Positions 1 through 13,290 are shown, counted from the stretch's first letter. The stretch is 64,000 nt of DNA from Camelus dromedarius (GCF_036321535.1 NC_087436.1:41852001-41916000); one strand, 5' to 3'. The notes: generated by a model not told the origin, from the sequence alone. Numbers and translations: made by a program.

Positions 1-368
1 TTATCTTTGCTCTGTTCAACAATTTGAATACTCTTCCTATGTATGAGAAATTCATGATTTTAGAAGTTTCCATTTCTACACTTTACATACTAGATAATTA
101 TTTCTCAGCTCCCCTCAGTCAAGGCATGGACATGCCAACTACAAGTGTCTACTCAGATGTACCACTACCAGACTTGGAATCAGAACCCACTGAAGTGAAG
201 AAACCAGTCCAGAGCAGATTCCCTTTAGGTTAGGCTGTCTTCACCTACGTCCATGGTCCAGAGACATCAGTAAAAGAGTCTCTTCAAGAACTAATCTCAA
301 TAATGACAATGCTGTTTGTGCAATATTTTGCCTATGGACACTTTTTCCAAATGGACCTTTATGATTTG

Positions 369-370
<2 letters not shown>

Positions 371-404
<34 letters not shown>
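371..404. repeat. (GT)17 microsatellite
   Basis: Perfect GT run seen directly. Confidence 0.97.
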
Positions 405-406
<2 letters not shown>

Positions 407-3400
407 CCATAACTGTAATATGAACAGAATGATGTAACTAAATCTAATTAAGAACTATTTTTGGATTGTGTCTTTCAATTACCTTGATGTTTAAATTCCA
501 ATTATAGTTCGTAGGTTATATTACCATCTGATTTAGTACTCATTTATGATATATTCTGTGATATTGAACATCATTTCTTAGTCTCTAAAAATACTTTTCT
601 TTAAGAAATTTTTAAATTGAGAGATGACTAGATCATGTAAATCATTACATTTACACTAGAAATGTAAACACTAGAATGTTTACATTTCTCTTTTGTGTCT
701 AAGTTGTGCTTATTATTCATTTTATGTTACTTTTTTACTCTTAAGATTGTTAAAAGGAGTTAATCATTTAAGAAGATTCAAATCTTCAAAAATCATGTCT
801 TTTAAGAAAAATGAAATTATTGCACAAACATGATTGCATAACAGAGAAATGTAAAACTGAATGGTAATTCTGTTACACACAAAAAAGCATATTATTGTAT
901 TTACTTAAGATACAAATGCATATATCCTAAAGAAAATGCTAATTTGGAAATAACATATGGTAAAGCTGGTTTTATACATCTTTGACTTACAGATATTATA
1001 CTTCTATCCCCTTAAGAAAAAGATTTAGATCTTAAGAGTTTGCAAAAATTAGCAAGCTATTAAGAAGAGCTGATAGTTCATTTATATTTTGGGGGGCACA
1101 ACAGCAAAAAATATATATATTTAATTAAAAAACAGAAATAAGAATTCAGAAACAGAATCATACAAGCAATATAATACTGGTTGTTTATATCAAATATGAG
1201 GAAGACATTAACTAAATGTATCAGTGTATAGTTGTGGCATAATTGGTGTTTTAACAGGAAAAATCAGTGATGTTTCTTTTATCTCAGCAGCAGGATACTC
1301 TCCTGAGAGCAAAGTTACCTGTGAGCTCTGTTCTCAGATACTTAGCACTTAAGCTGGAAGAGGAAGCACTATGGGTCTATTTTTGCAATAAAAGCAAGAA
1401 CATATCGCCCTCTTGTGTTGAAAAAGCCAGGAGACTCAAGGATTGCTTACAAATACAGGAATAATGCATTTTCAAAAGCAAATGTCGTATTTTCTCTTTT
1501 CAGATAAATGTGATACAACAATATTTAGATTAACATTTTGAATTCTAGAAAAACAAATGGCAAATATGATTGATTAACCTTTTTTATGTCCTCTGTTTTT
1601 AAAAAAATGACTAGATTATTTAACATTTTGCTGTTTTTTTAAAAAACATATTACATTTTATTGTAGTTTTAAACTTTATGAAAAATGAATTAATTATAAT
1701 ACTTTATCTCCTAGTATTTGTAATAACTTTGCTTACATTATAAAAAAATTAGTTGTAAGTATTCTTTTAATTGTTAAAAAAGCAATGAGCACAATTCTGT
1801 AGCATGGGTCACCCAATTGGCAAAGGAGAATTTATGCGGTTTTTGTAGCAAGTGTGTGCCTAGTGAAAAATCTTTTCATTTCTCTAAAATGCAAGATTGA
1901 GGACTATGAGAAAAGTTTGTTAGAAAAAATCTTTTAGAAAATGTAAGTAGGAAGTTAATGATCAAGGCAGAAAGAATAACTTTAATCATTATATTCAAAA
2001 AATGAAAGACTGAGACAAAGTAAATTCTGGGGGAAAATATACTAATATTAATATAATCCAAAACTTTCCAGACTCCCACTGTGTGTGGGCACAAATGGGG
2101 TCTGGTTAATAATAATATCCTATGAATTACTGGCTCCTCTCTCTTGTCATGCAGTCGTTTCTGTGTCCTTCAGGGTCTCACTTGTGCTTGTCAAACAAAT
2201 GGTAGATCTATCCTGGCTTTCCTGCCTGTCACCAGTCTCAATGCCCAGAAATCACTGAATGTCTCAGCAAGGCCACTGCTGCAGGTGCCCACCGTGGAAA
2301 CACCGGTGTGCATGCAGAGCTGTGGCTTCCTACACCCCCAGTGCTCCATGTGCATGAGGGTCTTGAGAAAATGTTGCAGATCATCCCAAACAAATCCATG
2401 AATGCGTGTTTGCCACTCCCTAAAGACTCAAGTTGATCGGAGATACCACAGCCTGTCTCAGGGGGAGACAAAACTTTGACATGTGGGGATCCTGACAGCC
2501 TTTTTAATCCAAGTATTTTATTCTCCTTTTCAATAACAGATTAATACGAATTTGGTATTTTTAAAGAATTACTTACATATATAATATCTTCTGACGAATT
2601 TGGACTCTTCAGAAACAACTGATGTATCATAATATCCTAGTCATAAGTAAACTTAAGAGATAATTTGGAGCAATTGATTTTCAGGTTTTCAAAACCTTAG
2701 GCTTAAATTCTGAAATCATTTCTCCAATAGGACGATTACAAATATCATAACATGGAATATCAATTTAACTGATTTAGTCAAGATTACTAAGGTTCAACTA
2801 CATGTCTAATTTAGTTTTGGGTTATGCTTGAGGGAAGAGAAAGTATTTTAGTGTGAAAAGAAATTAATATACAGACTAGGCTACTGAAAATGTACCGACA
2901 ATCATCAATGGGAAGACATGTAAATCAGTTAAATAAAAATGTAAAATTATCATAAAAAAGATATGGGCAACATATTCTCCAGCTATTTAGAGGAAGAAGG
3001 ATTACCAAGGACTAATATGAATAGGGATGGCTTCTTATTCACAAGATTATAGAATTTAATGATTTTGAAGCAACCTTAATGTTATGAAATTCACCTCCTT
3101 TTAAATTTTCCTTACATGTTTTATGAAGATAGTACATAGCTCCTACAGAAAATTTAAATATAGAAAAATATAAGGAGAAGATGATCAATCTTTTGATGAG
3201 TAGCCTTTCAAATCTCCCCTTTTGGATGGGTACATGGAAACAGAAAGATAAACAGCTAAGTTCCTTTCTTTTTCCAATGAAGAAACTGAAGCTCAGACTT
3301 GTTCTCCCACACTGCAAGTCTCTGGAAAGCATATGAACTACTCCTTGGGGTAGAGAAAGAAAGTTAATATATGAAAGATGTGAATAAATTCACTTAGCAT

Positions 3401-3414
3401 GATTATTTTGTGCA

Positions 3415-3870
3415 TGTGAAAAAGACTCTCTGCTTGACCAGACTTTAGGCAGGCTTCTGAACCTTCTCCCAGTTGTGCACTTTCTTCGCAAAATCTCGTT
3501 TTAGCAAGAATCCTGCTAACTCCATTCAGCCAGAACCCCTCACTCTTAATATCTGGTCACCCTCAGTATCTGATCAGGTTTCCCATCCTCCACCGTCCCC
3601 TAGATGATATTGATAACCCTTCCCTGCCTTCACCAAGAATCCTGTTAGGGAGTTTTAGATAGAACCACCCTTACATATAATGTTTCCTCTTAGTAAGTTT
3701 CCAGGCACTGACTCCCACTCTGCTGCTTGTCTATAAATTCCTGTTTGTCCATACTGTACTTGGAGTTTAGCCCCAACTCTCTCCCCCACCATAAAACCCC
3801 ACTGCAGTGGTCCCTATACCCGAATAAAGGTTGCCTGACCACCTTTAAGTGTCGTTTTGTTTTGTTAAGA
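3415..3870 (+). mobile_element. ERV1-class solo LTR, MER31-like
   Basis: Starts TGTGAAAAAGACTCTCTGCTTGACCAGACTTTAGGCAGGCT. Has repeated AAGAATCCTG motifs, a TATAAAT box near 3733 and AATAAA near 3823, resembling the MER31 consensus. Confidence 0.7.
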
Positions 3871-4900
3871 TAATGATATACAAGGTGGTCTACAACATGC
3901 AGAAGGCTCAATTCGGAATAAATCACCGTCCCCTCGCTCCATGGAAATTCATGGATAATTAAATTGGAATGCCCTTTAATAGAGGCGGCACTGAGATTGC
4001 ACAATGGAGACACACTCATCTGAACTAGCTGTTGCAGGGTGAGGAAGGGAGAGGGAATTTCTTGATGTGGTTTTATCTAAACTGAATTTCTAAAGGTGAA
4101 ATCGAGCTGGTCAAACTTAGAAATAGGAGACACATATTGATCATTCTAGAACTGCAGATTGTTTAGCATGTAAAGTGCAGGAAGAAAGAACTGTGCAAGA
4201 GAAAGCGTAAAGATTTGACTCTAATGGTGCAAAGAAAGAGGAAGGCAGTTGCTAGTATTAGGTGTGGGGGTAACTGTAAGAGGAAATTTTACAAAGATGG
4301 ATGTGAGTTAAATTTGTTAAGGAGAGTTTATCTGGAATCTTAAACTAAGATAAACAGAGGCCAGGCAGATAGACTTAAAGTAGTGAGCAAATGGGATAGA
4401 CTAAAGCCATTCAGATGTTAAAATATTATAATTACTGGACAAAACACATGCAAATGCTGTTTAGATCAAATTACAAACATGGTTAGCCCCGGTTTTTGAC
4501 TAAATCCTCAGAAAAGAGAAGTTGAAGTTCTAGGAAAGAGGTAAAGACAGAAGCAAAAAGAAGTGACTTTACAAGCAATACACATTTTCTACAGAATCAG
4601 GAAGCAAATAAGTAAAGTGAGCGATTCTTTAGGTTTGGGAAGCATTGATGTGAGCACCTTCGCTCCCTGGGTGGCGTTCAACTAGTTCAACCCTCACTTT
4701 CTATTTTCTTTGTTAGGGAGTTAAGTAGTGGAGCTACCAGGCTTAGGAAGTTACTGAAATCATCAAAATATAACAAGTTGGGGCAACAGAAATGAAAAAA
4801 TAATGATAGATGTAAGGATTTCTCAAACTTGTTTCCGTTTTATTATAACAAGTTATGTTCTAATTTTAAGTTAAAAGATAGAATTAAAAATGTATGTTTT

Positions 4901-5023
4901 TAGCTCACAGAGAAAAAATGTGACAATGAATATACATATGTTCATGTATAACTGAAAAATTGTACTCTACACTGGAATTTGACACAACATTGTAAAATGA
5001 TTATAAATCAATAAAAAATCTTT
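4901..5023 (+). mobile_element. Severely 5'-truncated L1 3' end with 15-bp TSD
   Basis: L1 3' terminus (...GACACAACATTGTAAAATGATTATAAATCAATAAAAAA) flanked by AAAAATGTATGTTTT at 4886-4900 and 5024-5038, with TT before the first copy (TT/AAAA endonuclease site). Confidence 0.85.
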
Positions 5024-6014
5024 AAAAATGTATGTTTTGTAATGACAACTACAAAAAAATAAATTACATAAAGAGAAAGGACTAGAAAGAAGGTACATGA
5101 GGTTTTTTGTTAAGCAATATTCATATTATTTTTATTTTCCTGGGTTTTCAAATTTTGCATGCTTTTGTAGGAGGCAATTTACATACATTGGGTAAAGAAA
5201 AAAAGTAGGAGTGTCAGTTTTTTAAAAAATATTTTTCAAATTATCTTTGTAGATGAGACAATTTATAGAAAAAGAGCCTGCTTTTGAGAGAAAATTGTTA
5301 ATAAGATTATGTCTAAATAAGGAAGCATACCATGACATTGTATTTCCTCAGTTATCTTTCATAGCTCTCCTATAAATTATTTATATTGAGAGAAAATAAA
5401 ATGGAGATAAGAAATGGAAATATTGTTAATGCCCACACTCTTCACGTTAATTCTATTAGCACAAGCTTTACACCAATAACTTAAAAACCATCCCCTATTA
5501 AAAAAAAAAGGTGGGGAGACTTTCTAGAGATGAAAGGAGAATAGATAGTAAATAAAGAGAAGAAATTAAGAACAAATGAAAGCAAAGTAAGTTTGGTGTT
5601 TTTCATGATGATATTATATACAGTTGAATATGCAGATGTGCCTGCAAAATAGTAGGCTCTTAATAAAGGTTAGTAAATTTATGTGTTGAATGAATGTTGG
5701 ATGAATGTCTTTGTTTCTTACCTAAGGGAGAAAATAGGAGCATCTCCAAACTTGAACTGAATTTTACACAGCCTCTGGTCTTACTTGGATCATGAATGCC
5801 CCATGGTATATAATACCCCCAAGTCTAGCCGAAAATGAGACAGAAGCTACAGATCTATTGAAAGTCATCCCAAGTTTCTACAGGAATTTTCTAGATTTCA
5901 GGTACCTTTAGGATGGATACAGGCATTCCAAAGCTGTTTAATTCTATTTAATTCTGGACCATACTGAAGATATTATTTCAGTACTGTTAAGGCAAAAAAT
6001 CAATAATGAATTTT

Positions 6015-6360
6015 CGGGGTTTTTTGGCTTTTTAATATGTTTTTATTGAAGTATAGTCAGTTTACACTGTAGTGTCCATTTCTGGTGTACAGCGCAATAC
6101 TTAAGCCATATAGGAACATACATATATTCGTTTCCATATTCTTTTTCACCGTAAGTTACAGTTCCTTGTGCTATACAATATAAACTTCTTATTTATCAGA
6201 TTTTGTGAGAATCATCCTGTATTTTGAAATGAGAGACACTCTGCCAGAGTTCAGCAGGTGTTCTGTGCGATTCAGTGGGTTTGTAGACGTAATTCTTGGT
6301 GTATTTGTGGGAGAGGGCGAGCTGTGAGTCTCTCCACGCCGCCATCTTGGCTCAACCCCC
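6015..6360 (-). mobile_element. Short L1-derived element: L1 5' terminus joined directly to L1 3' terminus
   Basis: Minus strand begins GGGGGTTGAGCCAAGATGGCGGCG (L1 start with YY1 site) and ends ...GACTATACTTCAATAAAA plus an A-rich tail. TSD AATAATGAA(A)TTTT at 6002-6014 and 6361-6374. Confidence 0.8.
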
Positions 6361-7321
6361 AATAATGAAATTTTGAATATTAAAATAAAACAGAGTTTTA
6401 AACAATGATTACTAGGTCATCCCACTTGGGCACAAATAGCATTTCTGCTACTATAAAACTCGTATGTGGCAAAACAGAATAAATGTCCATTTAATATTTT
6501 CCTTCTCAAAGTTCCCATGTTTTTCTAATGAGCAAGATAAATACACAGATATTTGCGGTTTGATTTTTAAAAACTAGATTCTTCATTTTGAAAAATTATA
6601 TGTTTCTCTGCTTTAGAAAATAAGACCTAGGAACATGGAAAATAAACTATATATATGTATGTAGGAAATGGTGAGAGAAGACATCACCTGATATTTACTC
6701 TTCTATTTACTGATTTGCCTTCATAATCTTTTGAAGTGTGAATATTGCTGATAGCTCAGAACTATATACCTAGTAATATGTTGCAATATAATATGGTGGT
6801 AGTAATACTATTATTATGTTTGAAATAACATTTTTAGGAGTTTGCACTGATATAAATGCACAGTTTGGGGACTCAAATAAATGTACATTATGTCCCTGAA
6901 ATCAACAAAATATGAAGTGTTTAAAAGTTAGGTAACAGTCAATTGATTATTTACAAGGGTAGAAAAGATCATTATTGCATAAAATCATAAACTAAGCATA
7001 CACCTTTGATTTTGATTAAATATAACAATTACTAATCACTTTGGACCTTTATTTGAAAAAACTTATATGTGCAGTTATGGTTGTTGCCCCAAAATAATAC
7101 CACAGTATTTTGCATCACTGACGTTGAAAGGAGCTTCAAGTGACCAAAACCATATGATATCAACCAATTTCAGGTTCAAATTCTGTTGAATCAATAATGG
7201 ATGTTTTCAGGAACCACTTGGACTCGTAAGAGACTACATTCATCTTCAGCTAAAACCTCTGTGGTATTTATAATTCTCTTAAAACCAGGTAAAATGATTT
7301 GAATTAGCTGTGCCCTCTTGC

Positions 7322-7540
7322 ATAGTGTTTCTCAAACACTTCTGACCCTTACTCAGAAAGAAAAATAATCTTACATTGGGATCCAGAAACACAAATAGAC
7401 ACACACACACACAAACACACACAAAATGAACAAACACGTTTCCTAAAGCACTACTTATCTTTATCCTTCATGAAGTACATCAATATTTCTATTCTGGTCT
7501 ATTTCATTTTCTTTTATGTGACGGTGACCTATAATTTAAA
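7322..7540. mobile_element. Degraded hAT-Charlie-type non-autonomous DNA transposon
   Basis: TAGTGTTTCTCAAAC terminus and an internal CA-rich tract typical of this MER group. Confidence 0.45.
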
Positions 7541-9332
7541 AAAAAATCTCTCTTGAAATATGGTTATAAATTTTAGAATTCTCTTCTAAAGAATGAAATT
7601 GTCATTAATATATTTCAATAAATGGTTAAATGTCTTAATTTTCATTAAAAACACTGCTTTATTAATATGAAGTATAAGCTAATTCTTTATAATATTCTTA
7701 AGGGCAAACAAAAACTCATGAAGCATATAGAAACAGGATACTTGATAAAATATATTTTCCCTGCCATGTATCACAAGACGTCAAAGTTGGTCAAATTATT
7801 GCAAATTCTTATTCATCCCAACTTACAACACAGCTTCTTTTGAGCTGATCCAAATCACTTCTGGACGTTTTCTGAATTTCTGTTAGATATTTATAGCTTT
7901 AAATATCTGAATTTTTAGAGTTGAAATAAAACTTGCTGATATCTGGATTAAAGTACTTAATTATGCTAACTGCTAAAGTTTTGGTTTCACCTAACTTAAT
8001 TCTTGTTTTTTCTCATCAGTACAATGGTGAGTAAATAGAACTTTAGCATCACAAATCATTAGTGGTGTAATCTGTATTTCTCTTACGCACTCCAAATCTC
8101 AATTTCTTCATTTTAAAAATAGACATATAATGGCTAAACAAGATGGATGCAAAAAAATGTAGCATAATGACTGGCAAGTAGTAGCTATTCACTAAATGCT
8201 GGTAAATATTTTCTTTTTCTTTTCTTTTCAATTTCAGCTGAACTTTAAGAGCCTCTTTGATGATCTGTATAGTTCATCAGATCACTTTCAAGAAAGAAAG
8301 TCATGTGTACAGTAACTGTGATTCCTAGCCCCTGGCTTACTTCTGCATTTCCTTCTTGCCCCAAAATAGTAGTAACTACAATAGTACCTGCAGTTACTTT
8401 GTTTACTGATTTCTCTGCTGTGGTCAGAGATTACTAAAAATTTACAATGATTGAGAACCCTTGGTAAATGGACTCTGCAGACTGTATTTTAGAAAATCTA
8501 CTAACAGTTTGCAAATAAGTCAAAGAATGATTTTAAAACAGATAGGCAAAATAATAATCTCTTCATAGTATCTAATCTTAAAAGATAGGGAAATTCTTGG
8601 GAGACATTTATTCCACTACCATTGATGTTGAGTCACACTTGGAAGATTAGAAGTAAAAAAAAGAAAGGAAAGAGAAGAAGAGTGAGAACAAGGAAAGGCA
8701 CACCTTAAAAAAAGCCTCTATTTCTCACCACAGTCTGCACAGGATTCACACAGCCCAAATTTTGCGATAGATTGTTGCTGAAATAAATTTACAAATGTTT
8801 AACAATAGATTCATTAGAATATGTGAAAGGCAGATTTAGCAGAATTGGGATCAAGTCCTATTTAACTTGCTTGATCTGGTGCTTAAGGAAATGTCAGTTC
8901 TTCACAGATGCGACTTACTCAGGCACCCACACAGTTGCTCATTCATTCTGTAACGAAAAGCCAACATCATGGTGGAAGTGGAAACTGGGTTAAGAGCGCT
9001 TTTTAGTGTCATTTGTTGCTAACTGGTCTCAGGTTCGTCCTTCACAATGGATTATATTTAGGTCAAATGAACATTTTAGGCTGTCACCTAGACTCTTTAA
9101 GAACAGATGCCACATGTTTTTAGACTTTTGGAGCAGCATTTTAATGCCTTCACCATTATCCTTAAATGAATATTCTTAATTTGATATGACTCATTTAACA
9201 TATGTGTGTCTTTTAAAACAATCTCCATTGTCTTATTTGACTTTTCCAAGATGCTTAAGTTCATGTTCCTACCCCTTGCACTTTGCCTAGCCTTTCTTTT
9301 TTATTTTTTTAAAGGGTCACAGTACTAGACAG

Positions 9333-10136
9333 GTGTATAGAAAACCTACTTTCCCCTCTGTGTGTTTCTCCTTTACTGTCACACTTCTACCACTCTCATA
9401 ACACTTCTGACACCTGACACCAGTGTATGAGGTTCCCCCCAATACACACACACACCAAGCACTGCTTGGTGACACCACCTGGGTGTCTTACAATTCAAAT
9501 TTGACACTAACCAGGATTAGCACAGACCCCTCAGGTTAAGGTCTCAGTCCCACAGGACCACTCCCCTTTTCAGCTCCAGTGGCAAATGGTAGGTCTCCAG
9601 CGCTGTCCAACTCGGCTGCAAATCGGAGCTTCCCATGATGTCCCCACCTTGGATTTGATTATTTGCAGTAACATCTCACAGAACTCAGGGAAATATTTAC
9701 TTAGATTTTCCAGTTTATTATGTGATAGAGGACCCAGATGAACAGCTTGATGAAGAGACACATTGGGCAAGGACTGGTAGGGTCCTGAGAGTAGGAGCTT
9801 CTGTCCTCATGGAGTTGGGGTGTGTTACCCTCCCGGTGAGTGGATGAGTTCACAAGCCTGGAAGCTCTCCGAACCTCGTACTTTGGGGAGATTTACAGAG
9901 GCTTCCTTCATAGTCATGATCAATATTTCTAGCCCTTCTCCCCTTCCCCAGAGGACAGGGCTGAGCTGAAAGTTCCAAGCTTCTAATTATTATTTGGTCT
10001 TTCTGGTGTCCAGCTCCCATCTAGGAACCCATTAAGAGTTGCCTCATTAGAACAAAAGACTTTCATATCACCCAGGAAATTAAGAGGGATTTAGGACCTC
10101 TGTCCCAGGAACTGGAGGGCAGAAACCAATATATAT
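9333..10136 (-). mobile_element. MER21-like LTR element
   Basis: Reverse-complement similarity to the MER21 consensus (GGTTAAGGTCTCAGTCCCACA, CTCACAGAACTCAGGGAAA, GGAGCTTCTGTCC...GGAGTTGGGGTG, CTCATTAGAACAAAAGAC, ACCAATATATAT). Confidence 0.8.
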
Positions 10137-10137
10137 A

Positions 10138-10612
10138 GCTCAGGGCAAGTGGCCCAAAAATGTACCAAAGTGGCATATTGATTATTTTGAATTACAGTTA
10201 CTTAAGAAGTAGCCAGTGCAAGAACACTCTAACTCTTCTTTGTCTCCAGAAATCAGGAGATAAATCTGCCATGTGAATGGTACCCTTCCTGCACCAGGAG
10301 GTAGAGAGAATCCTTATCACAGAGATAGGGTGGAAAAGGCTGTGTAAACAAACTCTGCTTAGATTTTTCACTAACTAGTAGCCAAACCCAAGTTTCCTTG
10401 TCTTATAAATTCATCACAAATTTATTATTTCTTTACCTAAAAGGCATAAAAGCTGCCTGCTTTGGTCACTTAAGTCTTATATCTACAAGACCTCCATGTA
10501 AATGAAATGAAATTTGATTTTCTCCTGCTAATGTGTTTTCTTTTTCATTTTAATCATTAGACCAGCCAAAAAAACAAAGTGGGCTAGGGGGAAAAATTTT
10601 CCCCTCCCCAAA
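10138..10612 (+). mobile_element. MER34-like ERV1 LTR
   Basis: TGGCATATTGATTATTTTGA near the start and TTTTCTCCTGCTAAT...CCAGCC...AAAATTTTCCCCTCCCC at the end, resembling the MER34A consensus. Confidence 0.7.
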
Positions 10613-10613
10613 T

Positions 10614-10668
10614 ATATCTACATATCTATCTATCTATCTACGTACCTACCTATCTATTGATCGATCTA
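10614..10668. repeat. Degenerate (TATC)n tetranucleotide repeat
   Basis: TATCTATCTATCTATCTACGTACCTACCTATCTA seen directly. Confidence 0.85.
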
Positions 10669-13290
10669 ACTCTATTTGATTTAAACAAATCACAAACTAC
10701 ATCTCTTTGGCATCCCAAACAATGCCTACTATCTCCGATTTCAAGCACAGAACATAAGTGAACTTTCTTGTTATATCATCTTTTATTGTCCAGGCTTCCT
10801 CACCTCCTCTGGCCAATTTTTGTTATGGAAGAATAGATGGGAGGATGGAATGGGAAGTATAATTTATCCACTTAACACACACAAACAAAGAATGAAACAC
10901 ATATCTACAGTGGTAATAATGTGCATCTATCATTCTTCTAACTCTGAACATATTAATGTTAAATAAATGTCACATTTAAATTTTATTTATTCTTTTGGTT
11001 GGCAGATTCTAGTCCCATATGCTTTTTTATTTCTTTTTCACTATTGCATATTAGAATGAGTTGTTCTGATATGCAAATTGACATCTCATCCTTTGTACTT
11101 TCAAAAATAAAAGTCATATTTTTGATGTCAGAATAGATAACAATTTAACAAATATTACCTTGTCGTGCACTTAGCTTCTTTTCAAATTCCTGATTGAATG
11201 TATTCTTAAAATACTAAACAAACCACCAGAGTATGTGGATTTGATATGTCCTTTTGTGAGGTGATGCAGGGTGGGGGTGGGAATGGACTGATTCCATGTT
11301 TCCTTAAATGGGTTTTTTAATCGAATGCATGAGCTTTGGAGAAGTCTGGGAAGGAATATAATACAAGACTGGATAATTTTCCTGGGCAAATTCCAAATAT
11401 CTTTCAATATTTATTATATATTATGTATATAATTTAGTTTGATTTTTATTTTTAAAATTTACTGTATGAACATTTTCAGATACACACAAAAATAGAAGGT
11501 CGACCATAATTGGCTTATGTATATTTATACTAAACCTAACACTTTTTATTGTTGTATTTTATTTCTTTTTAGTAAAATCTAATTCAATTTCTTTAAAAGG
11601 AACAGAATTTTAAAATAATTGAAATAATTTTGGACAGCAAGTAATTATCTTAAAAATTATTTTTGATAGCAGGGTATTAGTAACTTCTTAGCATGTGGAG
11701 CTAATTTTCCTTTAAAGGAAATGTGAAATCACTGGGGAGATTTTTAAAATTGATTCATTGTCTTTTGAAAGGGAAAATTCAGGTCTATGTATATGTTTAG
11801 AATTTGAAGAATTATGTTTGGTAAACTTTTAAATTTTAAGTTGTGGACTTTTGAGATTGTTTTAAAAATTTTTTTCCAAAATCTAAGACAAAAACATTAT
11901 TTCAACTTATTGTGGATTTTTTAAAATTTAAATTGCTAAGTAGGAAAAATGATTTTCAGAACATAAAAGTATTAAATGAATGTATTAATATATTATATTT
12001 AATCATTTAATCTAATAATCTCTTAATATCATTAATTATTCAAATTCCTCAAATTAAAAAATTTTAAAAACTTGTAAAATATTTATAACATGATAGAATA
12101 TATGACTCATCTAATAAAACATGCTAATCTGATTCTTTATGATATAGTGCATCAGTAATACACACCTTAAAGTCTAGGTATCAGATTGAAAATCTGAGCT
12201 CTTTTGGTTACTTTCCTAGGGACACTATTTTGGCAAACTGGGAAATGGAGAATTCCATTAGTAGTCTAACACAGTTTTGAAGGGAATGAAGAAAACTTGT
12301 ATAGAAAGAAATTCACTAAAAATTGGAGTCATGCATACAAAGAAAAATGCCTAAAAATAACTGAAAATTATGTCCATTTGTAGTGAAGCCATACAGGAAA
12401 GATTGTTGTTGTTGTTGTTACTGTTTCAATGCTTTCTTTATTTTTTTCTTTTGAACCAAAGAAAGTGATAAGGGAAACAGAACATGTGATTGTTGGATAA
12501 AAATTAACAATGAAACACTCATTTTTATTCTGATTATAGAAATTGGCCAAATTGAAGTATGTGCTTTGAGAAAAACACATCAAGGTTTTTCTTCTCCTCT
12601 AGGCTCCCTGGCCTCTACTTCATTAGGAAGATCTGACGATGCTTGTTCTCATTTAGTTCTTTGTCCCATAGCTTCTCTCTCACTTTGCTTCTAAGAATGG
12701 AAGAGAAATCCTATTTATTTTGGCTGTTATGATGAAGAGGGCCAAGTGACATCCTGTGACTTCAGAAAAGAGTATGCCACTAAAGGGAACCCTGTAACTA
12801 CTGTATACTTAAGGCAAAATCATTCCCTCAGTTTGGCATTCCAGAAAATTTGGTGGACACTGAAGAGCAGGTTCCACTGCTCCAACCCCCACACAGATGC
12901 CTGATTTCCTGATTCTATAATGTATATAATGTTTACCAGCCTTGTAGAAGCAAGGCTTGTGGTAATTACCATTTTACACTAAGCTTTTTTTCTTATGTCT
13001 TGTTTTTTGAGGTGACTAGTTTGAAAAATGATCTCAATCTGTGTTTCTATATATATGGATATTTTGGCAAAATCAAATAGGCGTCCTTATTCTTGAGGAC
13101 ATGAAAAAAATCTACTGTACTCTAAGTAGTAAAATCTAGACTGAAAACATCAGGCTATTAATATTTTAGCATATTAACACACTAAAACTATCTTTGATAT
13201 ATTTGTTTCCTATATATTAGCACATGTATACACATAAATACTTATATTTCTATTTTTGTTTTAGTCTTTATTATTTCTCATCTTTTTCAG

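Noticed and set aside
24..360. 69-aa ORF and possible ancient Gypsy/ERV internal remnant
   Set aside because: TTG start and only a vague resemblance to a pol C-terminus; cannot be supported without a Dfam search.
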